Origin: a virus
Length of the DNA stretch: 64,000 nt
Direction: 5' to 3' (one strand)
IMG/VR virus record: IMGVR_UViG_3300045988_173726
Coordinates: 64,001 to 128,000 of that record
The position numbers and the translations under genes were made by a program. The notes beneath the pieces were generated by a model that was not told the origin of the DNA, did not search any database, and worked only from the letters and a program-made list of their open reading frames with translations. Below are positions 26,450 to 35,415 of this stretch, in pieces. The stretch's first letter is position 1. Each line of letters opens with the position of its first letter.

Positions 26450-29400
26450 ATGCGGAAGGGCGATAAAAAAGACGAGAAGAAGCCGAAGGGGAAATTATCA
26501 AAGGTAATTCGCAAGTTTTTAATGGCACCCCTAGCGACTTCGGTGGTGGTAGCGACACTGACTTACGGTTTAGCGGTTTTGCCCGTAGCGGTTGTGGTGA
26601 TAAGCTATAACGCGATTTCGGATGACGGAAAGAAGACAGAGGTAGACGATGGCTTAACTGTAAACAAGGTGAGTTGCGGTTGTACGATAATCGGGAGTGG
26701 GCAGGGAGCGGGTGTCACGCAAGAGGTCGATACGACAGCCTCGGCTTTCCCGACATATAACCTAACGGATGCGCAGTTAATAAGGCTTGCGAGGCTTTGT
26801 CATGCGGAGCAGGGTGTAGGCGGCGAAGGGGGAGTGAAGGCAGAGGCAAGTTTAATCGCGAGTAAATACGAGGATTCCGTAAGAAAACAGGGGAAGTCAA
26901 AGGCGGGTGAGCCTTGGGAAACAAAGTCTCTTGACTACTACGCGGATTGGAGCGGCTGGTGGCACGGCACAAAGGGGTGGACAGCGGCTAAGGCGGGTCG
27001 TCCCGACAAGGATTATATGGAAAAAGGTTCTTATACCGCGCAGGAAGTCGAGTGGATGCGGGATGTGTTTGTGAAGGGAGAGCGGACAATTCCTAACTAT
27101 GTCATGGAGCATGATAACATAAACGAAATAACGCGAGCGGTAACGGACGGAGCGGAAACGCCGAAGCGGGCAGACGCATTTGTGCAGGGTAAAACGAAGC
27201 TGTTTAATGTCTATGATTCGCATTATATCTTTTTTGCACAGCCGAGTCCTCGTTCCGACCCGTTTGGCTATATAGAGGCAGATAGAGCGCGTATTGAGCG
27301 TTTGGGTGCGGTTATTAATGTCGGAGATAAGAAGAAAGTTACAACAACGGTAGTAGCGGACGGCAGTAACGGTAGTAACGGAAGTGCGGGCGGTGGCACG
27401 GCAACAGGTTCAACGGGAGCGGTAGTAACAAACGGGGCTGGGATGGCGACAAGCGGTCGTTTAGCGGAGGTGCATCAAAACATCTATCGTATAGCGATGT
27501 CACATATAGGCACAAGGTATGTGTGGGGCGGTAGTTCTTGGACTAGTGGAGCGGACTGTTCTCATGAGACATATATGATACTAAAAGAGGCGGGTGGTTA
27601 TAACAGGGGCTATGTTACTTCGCAAGTATTCCTAACTCTTGGACCAGAAGTAAGTCTAACGGAGTTGCAAGCTGGGGACTGCCTAGTAAGCCCTGGACAT
27701 GTAGCAATTTATATCGGTAATGACATGGTTTTTAGCTCTGGGCAGACGGGTTCGGTAAGTTATGTAAAGCCAGCGTCCGAGTATATCGGGTGGTTTCAGC
27801 GTAAAGGAAAGCGTTTGCAGGCAGTCCGTGTAAACGAAATGATAGCGATAGCGCAGGCAGACGCGGCGGCAGGGAACGGAAGTAGCACGCCGCAAGCGCA
27901 AGCTAGCGGTTTAACGGACGGTTCGTTTAAGGTAGCGGTAGCGAACGAAGTAAGTTTGCGGGGGCAAGCGCCGATAGACGGGACACTGGTCGGTATCACG
28001 GACGGCGGCACGGTAAGCACGAATGCTGGCAGTGTAACGGGGTTAAGCTCTGGAAGTACGGGAGCGCCTATCGGAGCGTCAAGTACAAATAGCGGTAGCC
28101 TAGGTAAGCGAATAGATAACGCAGAGCAGAACAAGTATGGTTTGCCGTTGTACGACAATTACACGTTTAATCCTGATGTTTATGAGCATTTCGACATAGA
28201 TTATTCAAGGTTCTGGAACGGAAGCACGCCAGCGGGGGATGTTGTATACGGTGGTGGAGACTGGAAAGATAACGCATCGAAGAATATTCTTGCATGGGAG
28301 TATAGCGACTCATATTTGAGAAGGCATCCTAATCTGCGAAAGTTTCAGAAGTTTATACCAGACTCGGAAAGTGGAGCATTTGGTTTCCGAGACGGAAGGC
28401 TTGTTATGGCAGTTCCCTATAGGCTGTTGTGTGTAAATTCGGACGAGTCTACAAACTGGTTTGAGACAATACTGCCAACAAAGCAGGCAAACGGCAGAAC
28501 AGGAACTAGTGGAGACAGTCCTGTTATCGAGCCACCGAGTAAGATTAAGCGTATCGAAGGCACAGACGGCATGTATTTTGATGTTGTGTTTGATGACGGG
28601 ACGGTTTTAGGCTGTATGGCTTGTGACGCTATGGGATTGCATACTGGTGTAAATCATTTTGATGACGGCTCATCAACGACATCTTTTGACAAATGGAGTA
28701 AGGGAGCATTTCATACGAGTGTAGTAGGGAGCGTTCCGAATAATACAGAGGCAGAGAGGACGGCGGCTAACCCTAAGATGCGCCTAAATTTCTTTGAGAT
28801 ATTAGGGGCAAAGGATAATAACGCAATGATTTCGCAGTTGAAAGACTTTCTTAGGTCTGGACAGAAGCGAATCAAGTCAGTAAGGGTGTATCCTACGCTT
28901 TTATTAAAGAATGGAGAGCAGTTCGCATCCGCAGGCACGAACAGCTCATTTGGTTTAACAGGTGGCACAGCGGGACGTGCGGTTGCGGGAGAGGATACGA
29001 CAGCACAGACAGGGAACAGTAGCGGCAATACGGGCTTATATGCAAATTGCACTTGTAGCGAGTGCCATTGCCACGATAACGAGAGTAGTGGAGTGAGCGG
29101 CGGACCAGCGTCCTCAATCGTGGCGAATACGGGTAAACTAACGGAGACAGCGGGTATGCCGCAGGGTGTTTACTGGAATAAGGCAACAAATAAGCAGTAT
29201 ACGCCGCAGGAAGTGCTTGATATGTTTAGGACAAACTTCCCGAATATATCAAGTCAGTATATACCTTGCTTTGGGTTACGTGATTTTACAGATTTAGCAG
29301 TTCCAGCAGATAAGCTTCCAGAGAAGTTTAAGGACACGCGGGGAGTACTCGGGTATGCGCAGGGAAATCAGTCTTGGAAAGGGTTAAAGTGGATAGTAGC

Positions 29401-30085
29401 GGGGCTTCCGTATCGGGATAGCTTTGCAAATGACGCAACTTTTGCGCAGAGTTCGTGCGGAGTTCATGCGCAGAGTATTATCATAAGCAGTCTGTTGCAT
29501 CGGTATATCACGCCACCAGAGGTTGTAATGGCGGCAATCATGAGTGATAAGCTTGGCGGTGATGAGCATGGAGCATATAGCACGGGTCGAGTTTACGCAG
29601 CGATGGGATTTAGCCGTATTTATAACAGCTTTAAGTTTAACGGGGAGAATCTGTTTAATGTCGAGTTTTCGGAGACTTTATCGCGGGATAAGCTTGACAG
29701 TGTGTTAAACGCGGGTGGTATGGTTTCGGTGTGTGTGCATAGGTATTGGACGAGAGCGGGTCATTTCGTGGTAATCGCGACAAGAGACAGCGATAACAAG
29801 TATTACATCGTAGATAGCAACGCGAGTCACTTAGTAAAAGACACTGTTCCTTACGATAAGGGATATACGTTTGACGAGATAGCCCAGCTTGGCGGGGTAA
29901 TCAATCAAGTAAACTATGTTACGCCGACAGAGGCATATAACCAGTATTTGCAGAGCGGAAGTAACAGCACGGCGGTAAGTACGAGTAGCGGCGCGGGTAC
30001 GAGCGAGAGCGCTACGGGAGCTACAAGTAATAGCTCGGAAAGCGCGAACAGCGAAAGTACGACTGTGGAAGAGGAGGATGAGTGA
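26450..30085 (+). CDS. membrane-anchored multi-domain cell-wall hydrolase (NlpC/P60 plus a C-terminal papain/C39-like Cys peptidase)
   Basis: ATG 26450 follows GGAGGA, and there is an N-terminal TM segment. NlpC/P60 motifs: YVWGGSSWTSGADCSH...GDCLVSPGHVAIYIG. C-terminal: QSSCGVHAQSIIISSLL...AGHFVVIATRD..YYIVDSN. The N-terminal RLARLCHAEQG stretch might be SleB/CwlJ-like, but that is weak. Confidence 0.7.
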   Translation: MRKGDKKDEKKPKGKLSKVIRKFLMAPLATSVVVATLTYGLAVLPVAVVVISYNAISDDGKKTEVDDGLTVNKVSCGCTIIGSGQGAGVTQEVDTTASAFPTYNLTDAQLIRLARLCHAEQGVGGEGGVKAEASLIASKYEDSVRKQGKSKAGEPWETKSLDYYADWSGWWHGTKGWTAAKAGRPDKDYMEKGSYTAQEVEWMRDVFVKGERTIPNYVMEHDNINEITRAVTDGAETPKRADAFVQGKTKLFNVYDSHYIFFAQPSPRSDPFGYIEADRARIERLGAVINVGDKKKVTTTVVADGSNGSNGSAGGGTATGSTGAVVTNGAGMATSGRLAEVHQNIYRIAMSHIGTRYVWGGSSWTSGADCSHETYMILKEAGGYNRGYVTSQVFLTLGPEVSLTELQAGDCLVSPGHVAIYIGNDMVFSSGQTGSVSYVKPASEYIGWFQRKGKRLQAVRVNEMIAIAQADAAAGNGSSTPQAQASGLTDGSFKVAVANEVSLRGQAPIDGTLVGITDGGTVSTNAGSVTGLSSGSTGAPIGASSTNSGSLGKRIDNAEQNKYGLPLYDNYTFNPDVYEHFDIDYSRFWNGSTPAGDVVYGGGDWKDNASKNILAWEYSDSYLRRHPNLRKFQKFIPDSESGAFGFRDGRLVMAVPYRLLCVNSDESTNWFETILPTKQANGRTGTSGDSPVIEPPSKIKRIEGTDGMYFDVVFDDGTVLGCMACDAMGLHTGVNHFDDGSSTTSFDKWSKGAFHTSVVGSVPNNTEAERTAANPKMRLNFFEILGAKDNNAMISQLKDFLRSGQKRIKSVRVYPTLLLKNGEQFASAGTNSSFGLTGGTAGRAVAGEDTTAQTGNSSGNTGLYANCTCSECHCHDNESSGVSGGPASSIVANTGKLTETAGMPQGVYWNKATNKQYTPQEVLDMFRTNFPNISSQYIPCFGLRDFTDLAVPADKLPEKFKDTRGVLGYAQGNQSWKGLKWIVAGLPYRDSFANDATFAQSSCGVHAQSIIISSLLHRYITPPEVVMAAIMSDKLGGDEHGAYSTGRVYAAMGFSRIYNSFKFNGENLFNVEFSETLSRDKLDSVLNAGGMVSVCVHRYWTRAGHFVVIATRDSDNKYYIVDSNASHLVKDTVPYDKGYTFDEIAQLGGVINQVNYVTPTEAYNQYLQSGSNSTAVSTSSGAGTSESATGATSNSSESANSESTTVEEEDE

Positions 30086-31146
30086 TGCGGCTTAAGGGAA
30101 TCGGGGCAGTTCTTTTCCTAGGAGTAGCCCTAAGTTTGTCGGCTTGTGGGAGCAGTGGATTGAGTGCGGATAGTGTAAAGGGGGATTTAACGAGTCTAGT
30201 CAATTACGAGGTAAACGGCGGGTTAAAGGGAGCTTCGGAGGGGGATTTCGATAAGAAGCTTATTGAGAGATTAAAGACAGAGTATGCGGATAGGGACGCA
30301 GGGGATGAGGTTTGCGTGAGCGATATACCCGCCTTTTCGGAGTTATATACGAAAATGAAGCAGGATATGGCGCAGTATTATAACGATTGCCGCTACGGAA
30401 ACGACTATGAGCAGGACACGCCGAGTGATGAAGCTTTGGCGGCTGGGTTAGCCTATGCCGCTGAGCAGTCGGAGAAGGTAAAGGCGGTAGTGGAGCGGAT
30501 AAAGGGTCTTAATGAGTTTAAGGGGACACATAGCGAGGAAGAGGTTGCGGCAGAGATAGAGGCGATAAAGGGGATGTATATCGAGTTGCCCGAGAACTAC
30601 AGGGGTAGCGTATACAACTACAGTGACATAGTAGGTAAAGGCGAGGAAGCGCCAAAGGTGGAGAAAAAGACAGATATAATCATTGCAGACACGCCGAGTA
30701 ACAGTTGGACAGAGCTTGATGCAAATAGTTACGGGTATGCACGGTGTATATCTAGCGAGTGGTACGATAGCATCATAGATAAGGGCGAGAATGCGGTGCT
30801 TGTAGACGACAGTAAGTTTATTTCGCACATTGTAGCGGCATCGGATGGAAAGCTAACGCTAAAGGACGGGAAGTTATATCTAAACAAGTCAGAGGTAGAC
30901 AAGAGTTTCAATGTTTGCGATAAGATTTCTATTCGTGTAGTAAAGTCAACTCCTATACCGGAAGAGTTTTCTCTAAAAGATTTCATTTTATGGGACGATG
31001 GGACATTTAAGGCATCGTTTGAGAGCGAGACATACAAGTATACGCTTCTTGGCTATGTAAGAAAGGGGAAGGTATATGTTTCTTCTGGAGCAGAGGGATT
31101 GGTTAGAGCTGTAACATACGATATAAGGGCTACAGTAGCAGAGTAA
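30085..31146 (+). CDS. putative lipoprotein
   Basis: TGATG overlap with the upstream stop. Signal peptide MRLKGIGAVLFLGVALSLSAC with an LSAC lipobox. Confidence 0.65.
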   Translation: MRLKGIGAVLFLGVALSLSACGSSGLSADSVKGDLTSLVNYEVNGGLKGASEGDFDKKLIERLKTEYADRDAGDEVCVSDIPAFSELYTKMKQDMAQYYNDCRYGNDYEQDTPSDEALAAGLAYAAEQSEKVKAVVERIKGLNEFKGTHSEEEVAAEIEAIKGMYIELPENYRGSVYNYSDIVGKGEEAPKVEKKTDIIIADTPSNSWTELDANSYGYARCISSEWYDSIIDKGENAVLVDDSKFISHIVAASDGKLTLKDGKLYLNKSEVDKSFNVCDKISIRVVKSTPIPEEFSLKDFILWDDGTFKASFESETYKYTLLGYVRKGKVYVSSGAEGLVRAVTYDIRATVAE

Positions 31147-31202
31147 GCCAAGTACACAGCACAGTTTAACAGGTATAAAGATTTAAGGAGAGGTAGGGTA
31201 AA

Positions 31203-31480
31203 CTAGCAGTTTCCAACAATGTAGAAGAAACAGGAATTATTCTCGACTTTATACATTTTATTTAGTAAGCAGTCCTATACAGATGTATTCAACGCAAGAC
31301 AGTTGAGCATCTCCCTTTAGGGCTAAGTTTATCAGAAGCCTTGACAACAATTTTCATTGTGTGGCTACGGTTGAAATGAGATGAGTTAGGGTGGAATAGG
31401 TTAACCGTAAGACCTTGAGTTGCAAAACTCTAAAATTGAGCTAGAGTATGGATTTTTCAAGTTTCGTATTTCTAGTTACG
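31203..31480 (+). mobile_element. ORF-less mini copy (left-end block fused to right-end block) of the TnpB-like element
   Basis: 31203-31268 matches the left-end blocks at 31511 and 36309 (CAGTTTCCAACAATG..GGAATTATT..). 31269-31480 matches the post-stop blocks of both full copies and ends at the same CTAGTTACGG. Confidence 0.7.
31269..31480 (+). ncRNA. orphan copy of the omega-RNA-like structured block
   Basis: About 212 nt, homologous to 32966-33173 and 37748-37963. Carries the invariant TCAAC-GCAAGACA-GTTGA hairpin. Confidence 0.45.
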
Positions 31481-31618
31481 GTATCAGTCGAAGGACAAGT
31501 AGGAAGAGTAATCGACAGTTTCTAACAATGCGGAAGAAGCAGGAATTATTTCTCGATTTTCTATGTTGTTTTAGTTAGCTAAGGTTATTTCATTAGGGGC
31601 GCAGGGTGGTGAGGTGTA

Positions 31619-32950
31619 ATGCAGAAACTAAAGTTGACTACAGTAGCACAGCTACATGAGGGGAGTAACCGATGTTTAATTGAATATATGGAATCTTCTC
31701 GTAGCGATTACGGAAAAGCATTGCGAGAGACTTTCTATGCAATCAAGCGAGGAGGAGTAAATAAGTCAAAGTACAACACATATCTCCAGTATAAATACGG
31801 AATTTCTAGTCGGACTGCAAATTCTATCATTTATGACGCACAAGGACGCTTTAATGCTCTTAAGGAGTTAAAAGGGCATGAAAGGAAGCAGTTGGAGAGA
31901 AAAATTAAGTATATTGAGAGTGTAGTTATTCCAAAGCTAGTTGAGAAAAGGAATCAGAACTCAGCTAAAATTCAAGACGGAGCATATGTGTTGCTGGGTC
32001 AACAAAGGAATCTAAGGTTAAGGGTAGTTGCGAAGAAGTCAAGGTTAAACAGGCTGAAACAGAAGCTAAAGGCACTAGAGTACCAATTAAAATCTGGAAT
32101 GTTAAAGCTTTGTTTCGGTACAAAACGGCTACTTAAACAAGACCATGATAAGTTTGTTGAACAGCGAGACAGCCAAATGACTCTCATAGGAGCTAAAGAG
32201 AAACCAGCGTGTAATCCAGTTTTACAGTTGACTTATAATCGAAGGAGTAATCAGTTTTTGATTCGGTTGCGGAAAGATTTCGGAGGGTATAAGTCAGCAA
32301 GAGGTGAGGATAGATATGCTTATGGAAAGGTTTATTTCAATCTTCATAAGACACAGCTTGTATCAATTTTGAGGTATAAGACTAGTCCTCTATCTTATAG
32401 AATAATCAAGATGAATGGCAGATATTACCTATATTGTATATTTGAGTTTCAAGTAAGTGCTGGCGATATAGTTACTCGTTCTTCTTACGGAACGATAGGG
32501 CTGGACTTTAACAAAGGTTTTGTGACCTTATCAGAGACGAATCAATACGGTCATCTAGTAAAAACACAGTTTATGCCATATCGGTTTAAGTCTGGAAACA
32601 AGACAAATACAGACCTACAAGCAATAGCAAATCATGTAGCTAAACTAGCATTGGTAACAGGAAAAGATGTTTGTATAGAGAATCTTGATTTTAGAGCAAA
32701 GAAAGCTAAGACAGAATCAAAGATAGGAAAGAAATACAACGAGATGCTTCATTCGTTAGCCTATCGGGAGTTTAGTGACGCGATGAAAAGTGTAGCATAT
32801 AGAAACAGAGTTAGATTAAATAAAGTAAATCCAGCGTGGACATCATGGTTAGCAGATAGGATTTATTGTAAGTCTATGAAGTTGAATATACATACTGGAG
32901 CTTCATATGTAATAGCAAGGCGTGGACAGGGTTATAAAGACGCTGTGTAA
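31619..32950 (+). CDS. TnpB/IS605-OrfB-like protein lacking the zinc ribbon and the RuvC-III Asp
   Basis: IGLDFNKG (RuvC-I), VCIENLDF (RuvC-II) and VNPAWTSW (the V.P.YTSQ block). These are followed directly by LADRIYCKSMKLNIHTGASYVIARRG, with no CxxC..CxxC and no D.NAA. Confidence 0.75.
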   Translation: MQKLKLTTVAQLHEGSNRCLIEYMESSRSDYGKALRETFYAIKRGGVNKSKYNTYLQYKYGISSRTANSIIYDAQGRFNALKELKGHERKQLERKIKYIESVVIPKLVEKRNQNSAKIQDGAYVLLGQQRNLRLRVVAKKSRLNRLKQKLKALEYQLKSGMLKLCFGTKRLLKQDHDKFVEQRDSQMTLIGAKEKPACNPVLQLTYNRRSNQFLIRLRKDFGGYKSARGEDRYAYGKVYFNLHKTQLVSILRYKTSPLSYRIIKMNGRYYLYCIFEFQVSAGDIVTRSSYGTIGLDFNKGFVTLSETNQYGHLVKTQFMPYRFKSGNKTNTDLQAIANHVAKLALVTGKDVCIENLDFRAKKAKTESKIGKKYNEMLHSLAYREFSDAMKSVAYRNRVRLNKVNPAWTSWLADRIYCKSMKLNIHTGASYVIARRGQGYKDAV

Positions 32951-33173
32951 GGAGCATCTAACAATCAATCCTATACAGATGTATTCAACGCAAGACAGTT
33001 GAGCATTTCCCTGTAGGATTAAGTTTACTAGAAACTCTGATAACAATTCTCATTGTGTGGCTACGGTCGAAATGGAATGAGTCTGGATGGAATAGGTTAG
33101 CCGTAAGACCTTGGGTTGGAAAACTCTAAAATTGAGCTAGAAATGTGGATTTCTTAGCTATTTTCTAGTTACG
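32951..33173 (+). ncRNA. omega-RNA-like conserved block downstream of TnpB-like copy 1
   Basis: Conserved in three copies and ends abruptly at CTAGTTACGG. Hairpins show compensatory differences between copies. Confidence 0.5.
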
Positions 33174-33346
33174 GCTAACGCCTGCGGAGCGAGAAGAGGT
33201 TTTACGGGGCTTAGAAGCATAAAGCCCCGTAGACGCACGAGACGGCGTTTTACGGGCGGTTAGAGGTTTAAGCCTAAGGAATAGCCTAGGGGCAGTTAGG
33301 CGGCTTGGAGAGGCGTGTAGCGCGTCAGAGAGGGATGAGGGACGAT

Positions 33347-33649
33347 ATGGGAGAGCAGAATAGAAATCCGCTTGAGGGGTTACTTGAGGTACGGCGTGAG
33401 GTAAGAAAGCTTTGTCCAGAGCTTTTTCCGAAAGAGGAGCGAGTAGCCTACGGGGTAGTAGGCGAGACAGGAGAGCCTTCGGTGGCGCTTCAAAAGTTTA
33501 ATAAGCTATTGGCGGCACAGACGGGCAGTAAGACAGGAAAGAAGCGAAAGACAGCGGTAAAAGTCCCAGCAAAGCAAGGAAAGGTCGGAGACGGCGAATT
33601 TACGGGAACGAGTTTATTTGAGGCGATGAAACGAGGGGGAGTGCTATGA
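33347..33649 (+). CDS. small basic hypothetical protein
   Basis: ATG 33347 follows GAGGGA. The stop overlaps the next ATG (ATGA). Confidence 0.5.
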   Translation: MGEQNRNPLEGLLEVRREVRKLCPELFPKEERVAYGVVGETGEPSVALQKFNKLLAAQTGSKTGKKRKTAVKVPAKQGKVGDGEFTGTSLFEAMKRGGVL

Positions 33650-34065
33650 GTAAGCGCGTGTATGCGAAAGCCGAGACGGTACGAGTTCTAGATAGGTGGG
33701 ACGAAGAAGCGGAAGCTTCACTACAACTGCTTGCGTCCCCGAAGGCAATCGTAAGTCGTGTGAGGACAAATCCGAGAGGGTATTTCAAGCGTGTTAAGTA
33801 TGTTGTTCGACACGAAGGGAATGAATTAACTGAGGTTATAGTGAATTGTGAGGATTTTGATGCAGAGTCACCTTTCTTTGTCGGGACAGAGGAGATGATG
33901 TTTGTGTTTTCAACGCGGGGCAGTATACCTTGTACTTCTTTTACCGTCAAAATTAGCTTTGCAACAGGTTCTATCAAGATATTCGGAACTATAGAAGCGA
34001 TAGGATACTTGACAGACTGGCTTCATGTTCCATTTACAGATTTTAAGCTTGTGAGATACAGGTAA
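33646..34065 (+). CDS. family-A paralog A1
   Basis: RVYAKA, VSRVRTNPRG, IKIFG and the C-terminal DWLHVPFTDFKL. RBS GGGGGAG. Confidence 0.65.
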   Translation: MSKRVYAKAETVRVLDRWDEEAEASLQLLASPKAIVSRVRTNPRGYFKRVKYVVRHEGNELTEVIVNCEDFDAESPFFVGTEEMMFVFSTRGSIPCTSFTVKISFATGSIKIFGTIEAIGYLTDWLHVPFTDFKLVRYR

Positions 34066-34083
34066 GAGAATGGGGGTTTTGTT

Positions 34084-34494
34084 GTGAAAGTATATGCGAA
34101 AGCAGTGAAATTGAGAGTACCAGACAGGTGTGACGGGGATATACATGTCACGCTTCAAATGGTTAAGCCTCTAAATGCGGTTTTAAGTAGAATAATGACA
34201 ACGCCGAACGGACGGTTAGTTCGTTCAGAGTATGTTGTTCGGAACGAGCAGGGAGTAACAACTCTTAGAGCAAATTTTGGTGAGTTTTGCGCAGAATCAC
34301 CTGTACCTGACGGCACAGAGCGGATAAGGCTTAGATTTTTAGTACGAGGTGGAGCAATACACACCTCAATTCGTGTCAATATCAATCTTTTGACTGGCTC
34401 TATAGATATATTTGGAAAGTATGGGACAGTCGCAGACTTGACTGACTGGCTTCATGTGTCGCCTAGCGATTTTAAGATTGTGAGAGCCAAGTAA
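34084..34494 (+). CDS. family-A paralog A2
   Basis: KVYAKA, LSRIMTTPNG, IDIFGK, DWLHVSPSDFKI. Confidence 0.65.
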   Translation: MKVYAKAVKLRVPDRCDGDIHVTLQMVKPLNAVLSRIMTTPNGRLVRSEYVVRNEQGVTTLRANFGEFCAESPVPDGTERIRLRFLVRGGAIHTSIRVNINLLTGSIDIFGKYGTVADLTDWLHVSPSDFKIVRAK

Positions 34495-34516
34495 GAAAAG
34501 TTAGCGGGGGAGGTTT

Positions 34517-34933
34517 ATGAGTGGTCGAGTTTACGCGAGAGCAGGGAAGATGCGGGTCAGTCCGTTTCGAGATAGCGACAATGATACTGTACGGGCTACA
34601 CTTCAACGGGTAATATATCCGAGGTCATTTCTAAGTCGGTTAAGAACAAATCCGAAGGCGGAGTTTGTTAGCGCTGAATGCGTCATTCGTAATAGAGCAG
34701 AGAGTATACCGCTACGGTTTGAGGATTTGGTAGCTTTTCATTTCCCCATAGGAACGGTAGGTGTGACTTTAAGGTTTAAGCCGCGCTATAGTTTCGGAGA
34801 CAGTCTACTCTCTATTAAGACTAACCTTATCACAGACGATATAGAGGATATAGAGATAGTCGGGAAAAGAGAAGCGGTTGTAGACTTGTTAGAGTGGTTA
34901 CATGTGCCGCTGTCAGAGTTTCGATTGAAGTAG
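34517..34933 (+). CDS. family-A paralog A3
   Basis: RVYARA, LSRLRTNPKA, IEIVGK, EWLHVPLSEFRL. Confidence 0.65.
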   Translation: MSGRVYARAGKMRVSPFRDSDNDTVRATLQRVIYPRSFLSRLRTNPKAEFVSAECVIRNRAESIPLRFEDLVAFHFPIGTVGVTLRFKPRYSFGDSLLSIKTNLITDDIEDIEIVGKREAVVDLLEWLHVPLSEFRLK

Positions 34934-34946
34934 TTTGGGGTGGTCT

Positions 34947-35402
34947 ATGAGTAAGAAGAGTAAGAAACAGTACGCGAGAGCTGAAGTAATAAGTCCATTT
35001 CTGGGGAGCGGTGGCGATGTGATAAAAGCTTGTCTTAGTATAGTTGTTTCTCCTATGGCATTTGTACGTCGGGTAATAGCGAATAAAATTGGTAAGCTAG
35101 CGGGTGTTGAGTACATTGCTTCTCGTGAAGCTGGCTATCTTCCGATACTGGCAGAAGATTTCCTAGCCAATGCGGATTTACCTAGTAACACGAAATGTGT
35201 AAGGCTTAAGTTCATGTTGCATAGTAGTTTATCCAGCAGTCTATCGGGTGGTATATTCTTAGTATTTGTTAGCTTCCGAGTTGGTCGTGTAGAAATACTC
35301 GGAAAGATGAATACAGTAGTAGCCCTAGTCGATTGGCTTAATGTTCCGTTTTCGGAATTTGAATTTATCCTTCCGAGTTCAGATTCATTGTGTTTAGGTT
35401 AG
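34947..35402 (+). CDS. family-A paralog A4
   Basis: QYARAE, VRRVIANKIG, VEILGK, DWLNVPFSEFEF. I prefer the ATG at 34947. Confidence 0.6.
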   Translation: MSKKSKKQYARAEVISPFLGSGGDVIKACLSIVVSPMAFVRRVIANKIGKLAGVEYIASREAGYLPILAEDFLANADLPSNTKCVRLKFMLHSSLSSSLSGGIFLVFVSFRVGRVEILGKMNTVVALVDWLNVPFSEFEFILPSSDSLCLG

Positions 35403-35415
35403 GGGGTTTGTGGAT

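Larger units (their letters stand above)
31511..33173 (+). mobile_element. TnpB-like element, copy 1 (left block, ORF, right block)
   Basis: Conserved non-coding blocks flank the ORF on both sides and are shared with copy 2. No TnpA is present. Confidence 0.65.
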
